From sequence record MW269952.1: a stretch of DNA of 64,000 nt. The stretch is one strand, 5' to 3'. The translations under genes were made by a program, and so were the position numbers. This document shows positions 18,436-32,940 of this stretch, piece after piece. Within the stretch, counting starts at the first letter, position 1; the number at the start of each line of letters is the position of its first letter. The stretch is from Escherichia phage P479. Below the pieces are notes generated by a model. The model worked only from the letters and a program-made list of their open reading frames with translations. It did no database searches and was not told the origin of the DNA.

Positions 18436-19069
18436 ACGTCTTTAAAGCCTCTGCGAGAGCCATAAAGGCGTCATCGGCACTGGTATCGGCAACAGCCGTT
18501 TGTGATTCTGTAATCTGCTTTGGTTTGACCCAAGCGTCCGGAGCACTTGGCCCCCATACTGCGTCTACTCCAACCGTCAATTTAAAACCTTCATTAACGA
18601 TGCTATAACCTTTTGCTGATTTAGTCAGGGAACCAAGTCCACGACTAGATACACCAGGAATCCAACCTGCTCTTATATTCGCAGCAAGTTTATCACCTGG
18701 GCCATGGTCGCCTTCGATAATACGAGCGCGGCCATATACATCATTCCCTTTCCACCACATTTCCTCGATAATAATTGCCGCCTGCATAGGGTCAACGTTT
18801 GCACGAGGTGGATGGTTTAATTCTCCAAGAGACTGCTTGGTTTCAACCTGTTCGGCGATATAGTCCGCAACGGCTTTTTCCAAAATATGTTTAGGATAAA
18901 GTCGTTTATTACGGTTAACAACTTCAGCTTGTAGGAAAATACCTTCAATATAAAGTCCTGGCTTTAAACCGCTGCTGGAACCATCATGAGATTCCAACAT
19001 CGGTACACCATCTTTAATTTCGCCCGGTTGACCCCAGTGTTCGATTAGTAACTCTGGTTTCTGTTCCAT
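18431..19069 (-). CDS. 21: prohead core protease gp21
   Basis: 212 aa (same as T4 gp21); position 68-21-22. Confidence 0.9.
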   Translation of the reverse strand: MEQKPELLIEHWGQPGEIKDGVPMLESHDGSSSGLKPGLYIEGIFLQAEVVNRNKRLYPKHILEKAVADYIAEQVETKQSLGELNHPPRANVDPMQAAIIIEEMWWKGNDVYGRARIIEGDHGPGDKLAANIRAGWIPGVSSRGLGSLTKSAKGYSIVNEGFKLTVGVDAVWGPSAPDAWVKPKQITESQTAVADTSADDAFMALAEALKTL

Positions 19070-19497
19070 TAATCAAGTCCGAATGCTTTACGCTTAGCTC
19101 GAGCTTTTTTGCGCTTGCGCTCTGCTCTGATTTGCGTAGATGGGTTTGCTCTTTTCGTTTTAGTAGCCAGACGGGCAATTTGACGACGTTTAGCTTTAGA
19201 AAGACCAGTTGTTTGGAAAGCGTTACGCTTACGAGTAGCTCGGTCTTTTGTGCGGGTTAACTCACCGCGAGACGATACATGTTTAACGATAAATTCGTTA
19301 AGCTGAACACCTTCATTCAGAGCGCCGATAACCGTTGCTTTTTCGTATTCACCGGCTGCAAACATGTTTTCTACAATAATATTTATATCGTCTTTTTCTA
19401 AGGCTTCAGATAATGAATCAAATTGTCCCTGAGCTTCTTCGGAAACACTTTCGATGTTTTCAAGAGTTAATTCGTAATCATCAGGGATAATAAACAT
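19069..19497 (-). CDS. 68: prohead core protein gp68
   Basis: 142 aa with basic C-terminus; position between 67 and 21. Confidence 0.7.
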   Translation of the reverse strand: MFIIPDDYELTLENIESVSEEAQGQFDSLSEALEKDDINIIVENMFAAGEYEKATVIGALNEGVQLNEFIVKHVSSRGELTRTKDRATRKRNAFQTTGLSKAKRRQIARLATKTKRANPSTQIRAERKRKKARAKRKAFGLD

Positions 19498-19751
19498 TAT
19501 TCATCGTCCTCATCTTCATCGTCGTCGCCTTCGTCAGCGTCATCAGATTCTTTTTTGTCTTTCTTTTCTGCTTTACCGTCATCTTCATCTTCATCATCTT
19601 TAGGCTCTTCGCCTTCAATCATGATGGAACGTGCAATTTCAATCTTACGTTCTTCAATCAAACTACCGCATACTGGGCCAATGTTTTCAGCAAAATATTT
19701 GCGAACGGCTACGAGGTCGTTTGATTTAATGGCTTCAAATAAATCATCCAT
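19497..19751 (-). CDS. 67: prohead core protein gp67
   Basis: 84 aa with poly-acidic C-terminal tail; position after gene 20. Confidence 0.7.
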   Translation of the reverse strand: MDDLFEAIKSNDLVAVRKYFAENIGPVCGSLIEERKIEIARSIMIEGEEPKDDEDEDDGKAEKKDKKESDDADEGDDDEDEDDE

Positions 19752-21325
19752 TAGAAATCCTCTTCTTCTTCTTCAGGGTTTTGGAAACGAGCCTCTTTGG
19801 ACTCCAATTCAATTTGCTTAGCTTCTTGATTAATTTCTTCATCAGACATCTGGAGGAAATCCTTCATAGCCGTTTGATGCGAAATATATTTACCGATAAA
19901 CGGTTCAGCCATCGTTAGCATATTGATTCTGCGTTCCATGATTTCTGCATCTTTCATTTCAGTGAAATAGCTATCACGGTTGAACGTAACTTTAATATTA
20001 TTTAGTTCCTTTTCCCATTCCTCTTCTGAAATAATTTTTTTCAGGATAAGGTTGGTTTTAAGTGGGTCGAGGAAAACTTCTTCAAATTTATTCTGTAGCT
20101 GTCGAATCCATTTAGAGAAATTCAATTCATCGCGAGTAATTGTCGCGCCCGCATCAAACATAACACCACTGTTTTGGTCATTAGGGATACGAGATAATGG
20201 AATTCGGAGAGCCTGATATAGGTTGTTCTTAAACCAGCGAACATCGTCCATATCCGACATGCCTTGTGCACCCGGGAGTGTATCAACTTCAGTGACTGCT
20301 TTACCATCACGACGTTGCAACCAATAGTCTTCTGTCATTGACATGTTGTGCTGTTGGTTTTTGATTTTACCCGTAGTTGCATCATATACGACACGGTTTT
20401 TCATCGTGTTCATAATATGTTGCATGTGTGCTGCTGCTTTACGGGACGGCATATTCCCGGTATCGATATAAAAGACTCGGCGGTCCGGGGCACGAGTTAT
20501 ACGATAAATGACTAAAGCATCTTCTAATAGTTTTAATTGGTTTGCAGGTTTAATTGCTCGTTGCAAGTATCCGATGATATTCTTGCCACAACAATCAAGT
20601 AATCCAGAATGCGCATATACAATCGCCGCACGAGGAATTTTTATTTTAGTACCTGCTTCATATATACGACCATCGGCACAATAACTTTCATGGCCAGTAT
20701 CGTATACAAAATATTCTCTGTAACCGTCGACAATTTTTGTACCGTTTTCCATGCGTGTAACGATTTCACGGATGAACTGGATTTGTCTTGGGTCAAGGCG
20801 ACGAAGTTCTTGAACACCATCTTTAAGTTTTGATGGGTTGATAATTTTGTGGAAGAAAATTCGAGAATCCACATACCAACGTTTAAAGTGGTCAGAACCT
20901 TTGCGCTCGAAATTAAGGAGGTTATTGACTTCCGAGAATTCTTCGAGGATTCGGTCTTTAATTTTCTGACTAAATTCGGTAGCATCAAGGTTAAGAGCTA
21001 CAACATCTTTACCGTCTTCAAAAACGATAGCATCAGACACAATTTCTTGCACTGCGTTATCAACTTCATAATTATTTAGTAAGTTGCGGTAGGTGTCAAT
21101 TAATTCCCTGGTATTTTTTACTTCAGGTTCATTGCTCCCGAACATCTGTTGCATCAATGCATTATACGGGACGTTTTGTTCTTGTGACTCAATTTCGCGA
21201 GCCCCATCATCAAACTTCGGCCCGGTCATTGACTCTAAATTATTTTTTTCTTGTTGCTTATATTCTTGTTCATCTTCTTTAGCCCAAGGCTTAAGAAAAT
21301 TTAGTATTGTGTTAAAACCTGCCAT
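19751..21325 (-). CDS. 20: portal vertex protein gp20
   Basis: 524 aa (same as T4 gp20); synteny 19-20-67. Confidence 0.9.
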   Translation of the reverse strand: MAGFNTILNFLKPWAKEDEQEYKQQEKNNLESMTGPKFDDGAREIESQEQNVPYNALMQQMFGSNEPEVKNTRELIDTYRNLLNNYEVDNAVQEIVSDAIVFEDGKDVVALNLDATEFSQKIKDRILEEFSEVNNLLNFERKGSDHFKRWYVDSRIFFHKIINPSKLKDGVQELRRLDPRQIQFIREIVTRMENGTKIVDGYREYFVYDTGHESYCADGRIYEAGTKIKIPRAAIVYAHSGLLDCCGKNIIGYLQRAIKPANQLKLLEDALVIYRITRAPDRRVFYIDTGNMPSRKAAAHMQHIMNTMKNRVVYDATTGKIKNQQHNMSMTEDYWLQRRDGKAVTEVDTLPGAQGMSDMDDVRWFKNNLYQALRIPLSRIPNDQNSGVMFDAGATITRDELNFSKWIRQLQNKFEEVFLDPLKTNLILKKIISEEEWEKELNNIKVTFNRDSYFTEMKDAEIMERRINMLTMAEPFIGKYISHQTAMKDFLQMSDEEINQEAKQIELESKEARFQNPEEEEEDF

Positions 21326-21382
21326 TAGAGTCTCCGAAGTTTGGGAAATGAGGCCGAAGCCTCATAATAACTTTATTTATAC

Positions 21383-21874
21383 TTATTCCCACCAGTCAAT
21401 TGCGAACGTTGCTTCGAACGTTTCAATTTCGTTGTTTGAATCCCAATCCATCTGGACTTCCCCAACGTTGGTTGGCCACATGCCGGTAATAACAACTTCT
21501 TTCGTAATGGTCTTGCCATCACGATGGAACTGGCGGACAGTAGCGGTTTTCTTATAATCAGCAGGAGCTGCACCGGTGATTTCGTTAGTCATACCGTGAC
21601 ACAGATTTTGCCAATCAACAATTGCTTGACGAACTTTATGAGCATCGTCGTTATAAATCGTAATAGTCCAGTCATCAAATGTACGGTCGCCCGCAACGTT
21701 GATTTTACGGTTCATGTAACCGACAGGAACTTTTTCTACAATGCCTGCAGGCATCGGGGCTGCTTTACAATGGAAAGCAAAGTTTTTGCCCAGGAATGGG
21801 ATTTCGACTTCGAACAGGTTAGGGCGAGCAAAGTCGCCGGATTCGAAAGCGCGTGTGATATCGGTCAACTCCAT
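21383..21874 (-). CDS. 19: tail tube protein gp19
   Basis: N-terminus MELTDITRAFESGDFARPNLFEVEI matches the T4 gp19 N-terminus; start at internal ATG 21874 with GAGGA Shine-Dalgarno. Confidence 0.85.
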   Translation of the reverse strand: MELTDITRAFESGDFARPNLFEVEIPFLGKNFAFHCKAAPMPAGIVEKVPVGYMNRKINVAGDRTFDDWTITIYNDDAHKVRQAIVDWQNLCHGMTNEITGAAPADYKKTATVRQFHRDGKTITKEVVITGMWPTNVGEVQMDWDSNNEIETFEATFAIDWWE

Positions 21875-21926
21875 TAAGGAATCCTCTTTATAGACACAGG
21901 TTGCGTGAACGCGTCCCTGATGCATG

Positions 21927-21934
21927 TATTTATA
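21927..21934 (-). promoter_or_regulatory. late promoter TATAAATA for gene 19
   Basis: Plus-strand TATTTATA in the 18-19 intergenic region. Confidence 0.4.
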
Positions 21935-22007
21935 CTAGGTAATATGATTCATCATCTCAAGATAATGGCTTCCCAGAATCAACCACAGGAGCCCGTAGAA
22001 CCGATTA

Positions 22008-22045
22008 TGCTTTTATTTATAACACTGTATAATGGTTCTACGGTT
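22008..22045 (+). promoter_or_regulatory. middle-promoter-like module (TGCTTTT, spacer, TATAATGGTTCTA) oriented antisense to gene 18
   Basis: Same module as 7077 and 13121 but pointing into the 3' end of minus-strand gene 18. Confidence 0.35.
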
Positions 22046-22074
22046 TCTAACTGATTAATTCTAAGCGATGATAA

Positions 22075-24054
22075 TTATTGTGGCCCAATCAGCTCATCGA
22101 AATTAGCACCGGTGCTTGTTGCTACGAAATTAAGCGTGATGTAGTTGATGCTGCGCGCCGGTTTGAAATAAATGCTAGCAACAAACTCATTTCGGTCTAT
22201 GACCGACGGGGTGTTGTTAGTAGTATCACAAACCACACGACCTTCATAAATGCCACCGAGCGCACGAATACCATCCAAGTATTGAGAAGTTTCCATACGG
22301 AATGATGCACGAGTGAAGTTATCGTTAAGCTCAAACAGTTTATATTTGGATGCGTCACCGATATTTTTCTTCAGCATATTCGTAAGACGGCGAACGTTGA
22401 TATGGTCCATCGGAGATGGAACTTTAGTTGCAGTCTTATCACCATACAGAACAAAACCATCACCACCTGCGAAACCAACAACCGGGTTGATAGCTTCCTG
22501 ATACATGCGGTCACGTTGGGTCTGACGTGGTTCAACAGCCAATTTCAGAACGTTCAGAATCTGACCACGATTATAACCTGCCGGAGACATCCAAGGCTGA
22601 GAAACATCATCAGTACGAGCACACAGTCCAGCCATATCAGCTGCCAGAGGAACCCAACGGTTAACGTCGTTATATTTATCATACTGATATTTATAGTTGC
22701 CATCAATCGCTGCATAAGTTGTGCTGATATTCATATTATCAGTATCAAATGCACCAGCACCTGTACGCCAGTCAATCAGGTTATCCACTGCACGGGTCAG
22801 AGGAACGTTAACCAACAGACCTTTCGGCGGGGAAATGAATGCCAAGCAATCCTGACGTTCGTCAGCAATAGAAACTACGTGCTTCTGAACAGTGGAAGCG
22901 GTCGCATCACCTTCACCAGCACAAGCACCAGCGATAAGCAGGTTGATATGCAGAGCTTCACGGTCAGCGAACAGGTCCCAACCTTGCATCAAATCACCAG
23001 CGGTAATCTTATCGTTTGCAGAAATACCGCCAGACAGATTGATGATACCACTGAAGCCTACAGGCCAGTTGCGAGATGTTGCATAGATGTAGTTGGAAGT
23101 ACCTTTTGCAAAGTAGTCATCCAGGTAAATGTTATTACCATAAACATCTTTTTCGCCCTGCTTAGTAGACAAAACAACGTTTTCGACGATTGCACCATCG
23201 CGGCGAACGATAATAGCATATTGGTTTTCGGTCTGAGGACCATAGTTAAACACCGCACGAGCTATAGAAGCGCGGGAACCACCACCAGGGAAAATATCCA
23301 GATTTGCAGTTGCGCCTTTTTCAAATTCAGCTTTGGATACGATTTCAACTTCAAGAGTCGAACCAATTTCACCAGGATAAAGAGCAACAACACCCGGCAT
23401 TGCATATTTTGCCAATGATGCCTGGAATTCCAGAGAAGTAATTGCTTCTTCACTGTTTTCTGCTTCAGTCAACAGAATGCCAGAATCGGTAACAATTTTT
23501 CCGACAGTGATGGTACCAGATACACCGGAAGAAGTGGTCGTAACTTCTGCAGTCCATGCACTGCCCAAATTAGGATACTGATTAATAGTTTTAGCAAATG
23601 CAATAATCTTATTGGTAGGAATAAAGATTGCCAGAATTTTACCATCAACATCGACCTTGGTCACACGGCCAGCTGGTTCAACAACAGTCTGGTTGTGTTT
23701 AACCTGAATAACATCACCGACAGCATAGTTTGTACCAGCAGTTACGATGGTAGTTTCAATATTGCCAGCAATAGGGGATGCGTTTTTAGCTTCGTCACGG
23801 TTAACAACACGTACAGTACGGAGGTCATTACCATATTGCAGGAAGTTCATCCCACTCATAAAGTAATCTGCTGTTTCATTATTCGGACCACCAAACAAAT
23901 CAACAAGTTCAACTTCGTTTGTAATCTGAGTTACCTGGAAAGCTGGGCCCCACTGGAATTTACCAACCAGCGCCGCACGACCCGTCGCGTTACGAACAAC
24001 AGTGCTTTGGACCGTTGTTTCTTTGAGCTCAATGCCCGGGGATAATAAAGCCAT
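22075..24054 (-). CDS. 18: tail sheath protein gp18
   Basis: 659 aa (same as T4 gp18). Confidence 0.92.
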   Translation of the reverse strand: MALLSPGIELKETTVQSTVVRNATGRAALVGKFQWGPAFQVTQITNEVELVDLFGGPNNETADYFMSGMNFLQYGNDLRTVRVVNRDEAKNASPIAGNIETTIVTAGTNYAVGDVIQVKHNQTVVEPAGRVTKVDVDGKILAIFIPTNKIIAFAKTINQYPNLGSAWTAEVTTTSSGVSGTITVGKIVTDSGILLTEAENSEEAITSLEFQASLAKYAMPGVVALYPGEIGSTLEVEIVSKAEFEKGATANLDIFPGGGSRASIARAVFNYGPQTENQYAIIVRRDGAIVENVVLSTKQGEKDVYGNNIYLDDYFAKGTSNYIYATSRNWPVGFSGIINLSGGISANDKITAGDLMQGWDLFADREALHINLLIAGACAGEGDATASTVQKHVVSIADERQDCLAFISPPKGLLVNVPLTRAVDNLIDWRTGAGAFDTDNMNISTTYAAIDGNYKYQYDKYNDVNRWVPLAADMAGLCARTDDVSQPWMSPAGYNRGQILNVLKLAVEPRQTQRDRMYQEAINPVVGFAGGDGFVLYGDKTATKVPSPMDHINVRRLTNMLKKNIGDASKYKLFELNDNFTRASFRMETSQYLDGIRALGGIYEGRVVCDTTNNTPSVIDRNEFVASIYFKPARSINYITLNFVATSTGANFDELIGPQ

Positions 24055-24083
24055 TTTGAGTCCTCTAATAGTTTGCTTTACTT

Positions 24084-26390
<2,307 letters not shown>

Positions 26391-26394
<4 letters not shown>

Positions 26395-27266
26395 AATGGT
26401 ACCCTATTTTTTCTTGGGGCTGGAGGTGTTGGGTCAACCGGTACAGGAATATCCTGCGAGTAGGTTTGAACAGATTCACCTTGCCAGTCTTCTTGGTCGA
26501 CGTCTCGTGGAACGGCTTCCGAATCAACAGATTCGAAATTACCTTCCGGTGCAAGCTCTCTAGAATTTGCAAAGAAGTCAAGATAGATAGTACGGATTTC
26601 CCCTGCTACTTCCTTGACTGGTGGATATAACCAACCGTTGACTTCGAACATAATGGACCATTCGAGTCTACGGCGAGTCATTGCATCACCTTCAATTTGC
26701 TCATCCATAGCAATGGACTGGAGCACGATTCTTATATCACGTTCGAACGTAATTTCATTCGTATAAAGTTCAGTGATAGTTGTATTAAAATGTGGTTGGA
26801 AGTAAGGCATGATTTGTTCGATAATCTGGAACATATCATCTTGATGTCTTGTATATATTCCAAGTTCGAAAATCATTTTGACCGGCACAGGAGAATATTG
26901 AGATATCTGCTTGCGGGGGTCGTTATTAGCAAATCGCGCCTGTGTGTGATTCTGGAGAGCCGTTTTATATTGCCCGTTATACATCAAGTCAACCATATGT
27001 AGGTTCATACGGGGCAATACGGTCTCGATTTTAGCCTTCTGAGCAGCACGTTCTTGTGGTGTCATGTCAGGAGTAGGTGTATTCTGAATAGCGGTCCATT
27101 TTCCAAGCTGCATCATGAATTTTTCTTTTGAAGCATAAGAAATAGGGACCTTAATATATTTAAGTCCAGTGTCTTCTCTGGTTCTGGCCACTTGTACATG
27201 GGAAAATAAATCGCCCATTAAAACGATATAGCGACGCAGAGACGAATTATAAAAATGCCCAAACAA
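26391..27266 (-). CDS. 15: tail sheath stabilizer / tail completion gp15
   Basis: N-terminus [21 protein letters not shown] matches T4 gp15. Confidence 0.9.
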
Positions 27267-27309
27267 AGTAACCTCCAGGCGCCCAATTCGGGCGCATTAA
27301 TAAATGTAT

Positions 27310-28095
27310 TTATTCATCAAAGAAACTATCGTCAAAGCTATCCTGTTTTGTCTTAGGAGGAGCCTCAAGCCCACGGCCATTCTGCACAAAATATGGTTTA
27401 ACATATTCAGCTGCTTCTGCGTTAATCTCATCAGATTCTGCATAAGGGATATCGCTGATATCTGTAAGGCCATCGATATTGTGGATTGGTTGTAAATCGA
27501 GCTCGCTGAATTCTGAAATATTAATACCTTCATTCCGTTGCAATTCAGGTTTAAGTTCTTCCCCGGAGTAAATGTATTTGCTCGCGGTGATTTTACGAAT
27601 GGCGTTTTGACCTACCTGATAGAATGGGTCGTAAGGTTGTACCCAGGTTATCTCGAACAGACTGTTATCAAGAGGGAAATAAATCAAATCCCCGGCAATA
27701 GGTTCAGTCCCATTGCATTGGTGTTTAAACAGATTAGGGTTAATCGATACTGTGATTTCATCGTTCACAGACATACCCCATTTACTAAAGATAGAACCAT
27801 CACCCTGATATGCGTCAAACGTATCCAGATAACCTGCAAATTTCCATGCTTTATCAAATTTACTCTGGAGGTCTTCACCGAATAACAAATCCGGTTTAAC
27901 AAATTGTCTTGGGATATAATAGAGAGACATTCCGCGCATCTGAATACTTTCAGCAACAATAGCATCAGCTAAAGTCTGGGTATTTTCATGATGCATAAAG
28001 TTGACATAAGGGTTCAATATCTCTGTAGCATTGGTATTGTCATACCCGGTCCCGTCTTCGAGCCGGGCGAATAATCTTGAGTCATAAGTAGCCAT
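27310..28095 (-). CDS. 14: neck protein gp14
   Basis: 261 aa (T4 gp14 256 aa), synteny. Confidence 0.85.
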   Translation of the reverse strand: MATYDSRLFARLEDGTGYDNTNATEILNPYVNFMHHENTQTLADAIVAESIQMRGMSLYYIPRQFVKPDLLFGEDLQSKFDKAWKFAGYLDTFDAYQGDGSIFSKWGMSVNDEITVSINPNLFKHQCNGTEPIAGDLIYFPLDNSLFEITWVQPYDPFYQVGQNAIRKITASKYIYSGEELKPELQRNEGINISEFSELDLQPIHNIDGLTDISDIPYAESDEINAEAAEYVKPYFVQNGRGLEAPPKTKQDSFDDSFFDE

Positions 28096-29033
28096 TAGCC
28101 CACCAATATAGGAGTCGGTGCATCCAGCAAGTCAAGTTCTTCGCGAAGACGTTCTTTTTCCATACGAGCTTCTTCGATTAAACGGACACCATCAACTGTG
28201 ACGCCACCTGGCATCATCATCCCCTGGTGTTTAGCCAATACGTTGCCGTTAACTTCCTTAACAAGCGCCGTGGCATAGTCTTTCACCCAACGGTTGTTGT
28301 ATGCACCATCTTGAAGTCCAAGGTCCTCACCGGCTCTCATACCGCTTATTCTGCGCGCTGGGTTATCCCACTGTGCACCAGCATTCCACGGATTATCACA
28401 ATCAGCCGAAGCAAAACCATAGCCAGCTGTATTGCCTACCATTGAATCCACACCGTTATATGATTTGGTATAAACTTCAATTACAATCACATCTCCCTGA
28501 CGGAAGTTGCCCATAATTTTGAGTTGTTCAGTATCGTCATTATACCAATAATCTGGCAGCGGAACCATCAGGTCTTGCATCATTGAACGGTATTGCATAA
28601 GCTGTGTAAAATAACCAAGGTCTGCACCAAAAGCATTTGGGCCAAAGCTGTTACATGAGCTACCCATTCCACCGTTAATCCCAGCAAGTCCCAGAACGAA
28701 ATCTGTGAACCACGGATATGTGGCTTGTCCGTCCATCGAAGTTAATGAACCGACGTTAGTACGAATAATCTGCGTTACTGCAAAAATATTACGGCCTTTT
28801 AAATCGAAAACACCATCGCGGAATTTCTGCTGTGAAACTTCATCATGGCCAATATAAAAAGCCTGATAACCTTTGTTATAACCATTATAGTGATATTCGC
28901 CATATAATTCTAATGCGCGCTGGATGCAATCATAAACCTGTTCGGTCGTAACTTCGATATTCGTGATTGGAGCACCAAGACGGCGAAGGATTGCATCTTT
29001 TAATTGTTTCGGGTTGTATGATTCAGTTGCCAT
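28095..29033 (-). CDS. 13: neck protein gp13
   Basis: 312 aa (T4 gp13 309 aa), synteny. Confidence 0.85.
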   Translation of the reverse strand: MATESYNPKQLKDAILRRLGAPITNIEVTTEQVYDCIQRALELYGEYHYNGYNKGYQAFYIGHDEVSQQKFRDGVFDLKGRNIFAVTQIIRTNVGSLTSMDGQATYPWFTDFVLGLAGINGGMGSSCNSFGPNAFGADLGYFTQLMQYRSMMQDLMVPLPDYWYNDDTEQLKIMGNFRQGDVIVIEVYTKSYNGVDSMVGNTAGYGFASADCDNPWNAGAQWDNPARRISGMRAGEDLGLQDGAYNNRWVKDYATALVKEVNGNVLAKHQGMMMPGGVTVDGVRLIEEARMEKERLREELDLLDAPTPILVG

Positions 29034-29052
29034 ATGTTTTCCTCTTTACTGT

Positions 29053-29060
29053 ATTTATAC
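29053..29060 (-). promoter_or_regulatory. late promoter TATAAATA for gene 13
   Basis: Plus-strand TATTTATA 20 nt upstream of the gene 13 start, just past the wac terminator hairpin. Confidence 0.45.
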
Positions 29061-29065
29061 GAAAA

Positions 29066-29085
29066 AAGGGCCGAAGCCCTTTTAT
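29066..29085 (-). terminator. intrinsic terminator after wac (GGGC-CGAA-GCCC hairpin flanked by A/T runs)
   Basis: Hairpin followed on the minus strand by a T-run. Confidence 0.5.
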
Positions 29086-30716
29086 TATGGTGCTGGATTT
29101 AATGTCACAAATGTTGACAAAAGAACCCATGCATTATCAACTAGAACATACGGGAGACCATCGGCCACAGGAGCAACAGGAGGCCTTTTGGCGAGCTCTG
29201 TTTCTAAGGCTGATACTTTACCTTCTAAAGTAGTTATCTTCGCCTCGGCCTCATCCAGGCGACCAGGGAGCGGAGTTACTGTACCTTCAAGGGTTGTCAC
29301 ACGAGTGGTTAATGGTGCAATTTTTGCAGTATCAAGTTTAATTGCATCAATCTCGGTTTCAGCATCGATAATTTCAGTCCAGGTTCCTTGCTTGCGACCA
29401 TATAACTTATTGTCCAATGGTGCATCGTTCAGCTTGGACGCCATCAACATATCCAAGTTAATTACAACAGGAAGAACACCACGTTCAGCCACAGTAGCAC
29501 CGTTAGGGTTTGTACCATTCATCTGACTAGTTAAAGTCAAAATAGAACCTTTCATACCAGTGTTATTTGTACCAATTTCAGCTTGTACATCCTGGAGACC
29601 TGATGCAGTTTCGTTAGCCAGCGTAGTGGTTGCATTCAACTTATACGTGATAGTGTTTGGCTCTGGAGATTGCTCTGTACCGATTCTCTGAGAAAGCCAT
29701 GCAGTGGTACCACGCAAACCGGAACTTGAATCCTGGCCAACAACAACCTGTAATCCATTGACATCCGCTCGTAAAGCACTGATTCGACCATTAATTGTCA
29801 ATGGCTCCAGTGCTGTTCCAATATCAGCTTCAACCTTAGTGAGTCTTGGTTTGATATTCGCAATATCTGTTTCATTGACCGAAACACGCCCACCAAGATT
29901 TTCAACGCGGGTTGTAATTGCAATCCCTGTACCAAAACCAATAGCTTCTTGAATGTTGGCAATATCTTCGTCAATTTCGACTGCTTTACCATCAAGAGTA
30001 TTCAGTCTAACAAATACAGCCGGTTTACCTATTGCTAAAGTAGACTCACCTAATTCTTCGCGAATTTTAATTACTTTTACGTTAAGAGAACCAACATCAG
30101 AATCATGGTAATTGTCCTCAAGAGTCTTAATACGAACTCCATGAGCAACAATAGCCGAACTGTTATCGATGATGCGGCGTTTCATGCCTTTTGACGGATT
30201 GCCGATAACCTGGAGACCATTTATATCTTGGTCAACATACTGGCCTAATTCATTTTTAATCCACACAAGGTCATTACGAACTGTGCGATAATATGAATCA
30301 GTTAACGGGTCATAAGCACCAACATCTTCTTTTAAATTTTTAAGGCCTTCGGATGTTTCGCTTGACAGTAATTCGGTATTAAATTGACGTTCATCAAGGT
30401 CAAGAATATCCGTACGGTTTTTTTCAATTTGTTTAACAACTTCCGTGTTAGTTGTTATATCCAAAGCTTCCTGGATATTATTGACGTTATCAATAATTTC
30501 GTTGATTTTTTCTTTAGATGTATTTGAGTTGTCGTCGAGTGTATCTACGTTTGTTTGAACGCTCACCGCAGCGGCGTTCAAATTACCATCATGACCATAT
30601 TTGGTACTGGCCGCAGTCATACAATCGCCGTTTTGTATCCAACGAATTCTCTGTTGACCTTCGTCTGGAATACCGATGCTATACGGCAGTTCTTTGAGAC
30701 TGAGTTTATTAATCAT
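29085..30716 (-). CDS. wac: fibritin (whisker) Wac
   Basis: N-terminal LPYSIGIPDEGQQRIRWIQNG matches fibritin; long coiled-coil; C-terminal foldon-like GLPYVLVDNAWVLLSTFV; start at internal ATG 30716 just after the gene 12 stop. Confidence 0.85.
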   Translation of the reverse strand: MINKLSLKELPYSIGIPDEGQQRIRWIQNGDCMTAASTKYGHDGNLNAAAVSVQTNVDTLDDNSNTSKEKINEIIDNVNNIQEALDITTNTEVVKQIEKNRTDILDLDERQFNTELLSSETSEGLKNLKEDVGAYDPLTDSYYRTVRNDLVWIKNELGQYVDQDINGLQVIGNPSKGMKRRIIDNSSAIVAHGVRIKTLEDNYHDSDVGSLNVKVIKIREELGESTLAIGKPAVFVRLNTLDGKAVEIDEDIANIQEAIGFGTGIAITTRVENLGGRVSVNETDIANIKPRLTKVEADIGTALEPLTINGRISALRADVNGLQVVVGQDSSSGLRGTTAWLSQRIGTEQSPEPNTITYKLNATTTLANETASGLQDVQAEIGTNNTGMKGSILTLTSQMNGTNPNGATVAERGVLPVVINLDMLMASKLNDAPLDNKLYGRKQGTWTEIIDAETEIDAIKLDTAKIAPLTTRVTTLEGTVTPLPGRLDEAEAKITTLEGKVSALETELAKRPPVAPVADGLPYVLVDNAWVLLSTFVTLNPAP

Positions 30717-30724
30717 TTTGGTCC

Positions 30725-32275
30725 TTAGTAATGAATTTTGATAATATAGTTTAAAGACATATTCCATGGGCGAGTTTCATAACCAATAAGACCTTCACGG
30801 TTTAATGTACCTAAAGCATCTCTGCCGCCACCGAGTTCAAATCCATCGTTAGTAAAATATGAAGCGTTATCCCAGTCTGCATATTTTCTTGTGCCCAGAT
30901 AACCCTGATAAACTGATGCACCAAATGGAGCTTCGTTACGTTGGTATTCACCCCAACCACCCGCGTGTTTATGATATGACATTTGCTGAGCTTGTACACC
31001 ACCGACCCATGAACCATCACAACCAACACCCAAACGGTCTTTACCATAACCATCTTGGCCGCGGTTATTCAGAATATGTCCACCGGTACCAGCACCACGA
31101 ACAAACAAACCACGCATATCAGGAATACCGACGTTGGTCCAATCGCCACCGAAACGAGTTCCAACAGTATTTCGATAGTCAGGGAATTGGTCACCATTAA
31201 CGGTGCCACCATGGCACATAATCCAACCAGGAGGAGCACTATCACCTGCAAACATCATCACGGTTCCGACAGGAACACGTTCAGAAGCATAACGCTGTGT
31301 AGAAAGTAATTCGCCACCCATGTGAGCTGTATTGGAATCAAAATTACCGGTGGAAATATAATCTAAAGAAAGACTTCCATTAATTCGTTGACCGCCGCGA
31401 GTGTTAATTACATCAGCGTTCCAAGCCAGCGCGCCTGCACCATCGCCGCCGGGAGCAACCCCTGCCTGAGTAGTTAATCTAACAACACCGCGAATATCGG
31501 TTGTAGCACCACGACCATTAAGAGTTGCTCCGGTTACCGCAACACCATCAGCACTGTTATTAATCTCTGACTGAGTACCAAGACGAATAATCCCCGCGCG
31601 GTCTTGTGTTGCTGTACGAGCATTTAAACCAGCCGGAGAAATTGCTACACCATCACCCAAAGTTCCTGCTTGTACTTCAGCATTTGTGGCAATTCGTACT
31701 AAACCGGAAACAGTTTGTGTGGCAGTTGAATAAGTCGGAAGAGCTGCTGTTGCCTTACCAATTGCCAGAGCAACTTTCAACGGAGACATAGCTGTTGTGT
31801 CGTCTGTACCAGCTAAAGCCGCATCCTCGGTACTAATACGAAGAACGCCCAAATTATTTTCGGTACCGACACGAACAGTAAAAACATCATCAATTGTTGC
31901 TTTTAATGAAGATGGAACAATAGCCGCATCGGTTACTGTCCCGGCAATTGCTTCAGCATCGGTTGCATAACGGGTAATACCTACATAAGTTTCTGTGGCT
32001 TGCGTAGGGATGTCTAAACGAGCTTTTAAGGTTGCTGGAGTAACTGCAGAGTCTGGACTAATACCATCAATAACTTCTTGTGTGGTGGCTAGTCTGATGA
32101 GTCCTGCAGTCGTTTCGGAAGAGGCTGGGATATATCCATCTAACGCAATTTTATTAAGAGACCCTAAAGCCTCTTGTACGTTGGTAACAGTCGACGGGAA
32201 GGCTGTCCCCGTCGGGTCGAACGTTTTATATTCGGATTTATCGCTAATGTGTTTTAGCGTGTTAGTCGTTGTCAT
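30725..32275 (-). CDS. 12: short tail fiber gp12
   Basis: 516 aa (T4 gp12 527 aa), synteny 11-12-wac. Confidence 0.85.
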   Translation of the reverse strand: MTTTNTLKHISDKSEYKTFDPTGTAFPSTVTNVQEALGSLNKIALDGYIPASSETTAGLIRLATTQEVIDGISPDSAVTPATLKARLDIPTQATETYVGITRYATDAEAIAGTVTDAAIVPSSLKATIDDVFTVRVGTENNLGVLRISTEDAALAGTDDTTAMSPLKVALAIGKATAALPTYSTATQTVSGLVRIATNAEVQAGTLGDGVAISPAGLNARTATQDRAGIIRLGTQSEINNSADGVAVTGATLNGRGATTDIRGVVRLTTQAGVAPGGDGAGALAWNADVINTRGGQRINGSLSLDYISTGNFDSNTAHMGGELLSTQRYASERVPVGTVMMFAGDSAPPGWIMCHGGTVNGDQFPDYRNTVGTRFGGDWTNVGIPDMRGLFVRGAGTGGHILNNRGQDGYGKDRLGVGCDGSWVGGVQAQQMSYHKHAGGWGEYQRNEAPFGASVYQGYLGTRKYADWDNASYFTNDGFELGGGRDALGTLNREGLIGYETRPWNMSLNYIIKIHY

Positions 32276-32940
32276 TACGATACTCGCTTATAATGGTAAA
32301 GTGAAATTGCGCCATTTGCTGTGCCACCTGATAATGTCTGGGTTGAAGTTCCAAGATATTCCCATGAACCATAACCACCGCGCGGTTGCTGTGTAATAGT
32401 CTGGCTAAGCGTACAACCATATTGAGTGAAAGGTACAAAATTATGGTTTTGGTAGTCGTTATATGTAATATTTAATATAGACTGGTCCACACTATCAATT
32501 GCAGAGCTTGACACAATTAAACTATCAGCAACAGCCGTCAGCAAAGCATCGTTAACCTTGGAAGCAACTAATACAGCCGAATCCCCGACAATAACCTCGA
32601 CCGGAATACCAAAAATGAAAAATAAAACAGTATCACCGACCCCTGCGCCAGAAATAGACCCGGTGAATTTAATTTTATCCGACTGACTAATTGCCGCAGG
32701 AGAAAGGTTATTCGTATTAGTAATTACACTGCCAACCGGAAGCTCATATCGAAACGCAATATCATCTATTGCGCTCTGAACTGTTGGATAAAAAATACCC
32801 TCGGTTGTTTGTGTTGCGGATGGGCCGCCGATTGCTCGTTGACCCATGACAGCCGTAATATTTTTTGATGTATTTTGAAATTCTAAGTAACTAGCAAGGC
32901 GGGAAATTACTCCAGCCTTTTTATTCGTTAATGTTTTCAT
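32275..32940 (-). CDS. 11: baseplate wedge / short-fiber attachment gp11
   Basis: 221 aa (T4 gp11 219 aa). Confidence 0.85.
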   Translation of the reverse strand: MKTLTNKKAGVISRLASYLEFQNTSKNITAVMGQRAIGGPSATQTTEGIFYPTVQSAIDDIAFRYELPVGSVITNTNNLSPAAISQSDKIKFTGSISGAGVGDTVLFFIFGIPVEVIVGDSAVLVASKVNDALLTAVADSLIVSSSAIDSVDQSILNITYNDYQNHNFVPFTQYGCTLSQTITQQPRGGYGSWEYLGTSTQTLSGGTANGAISLYHYKRVS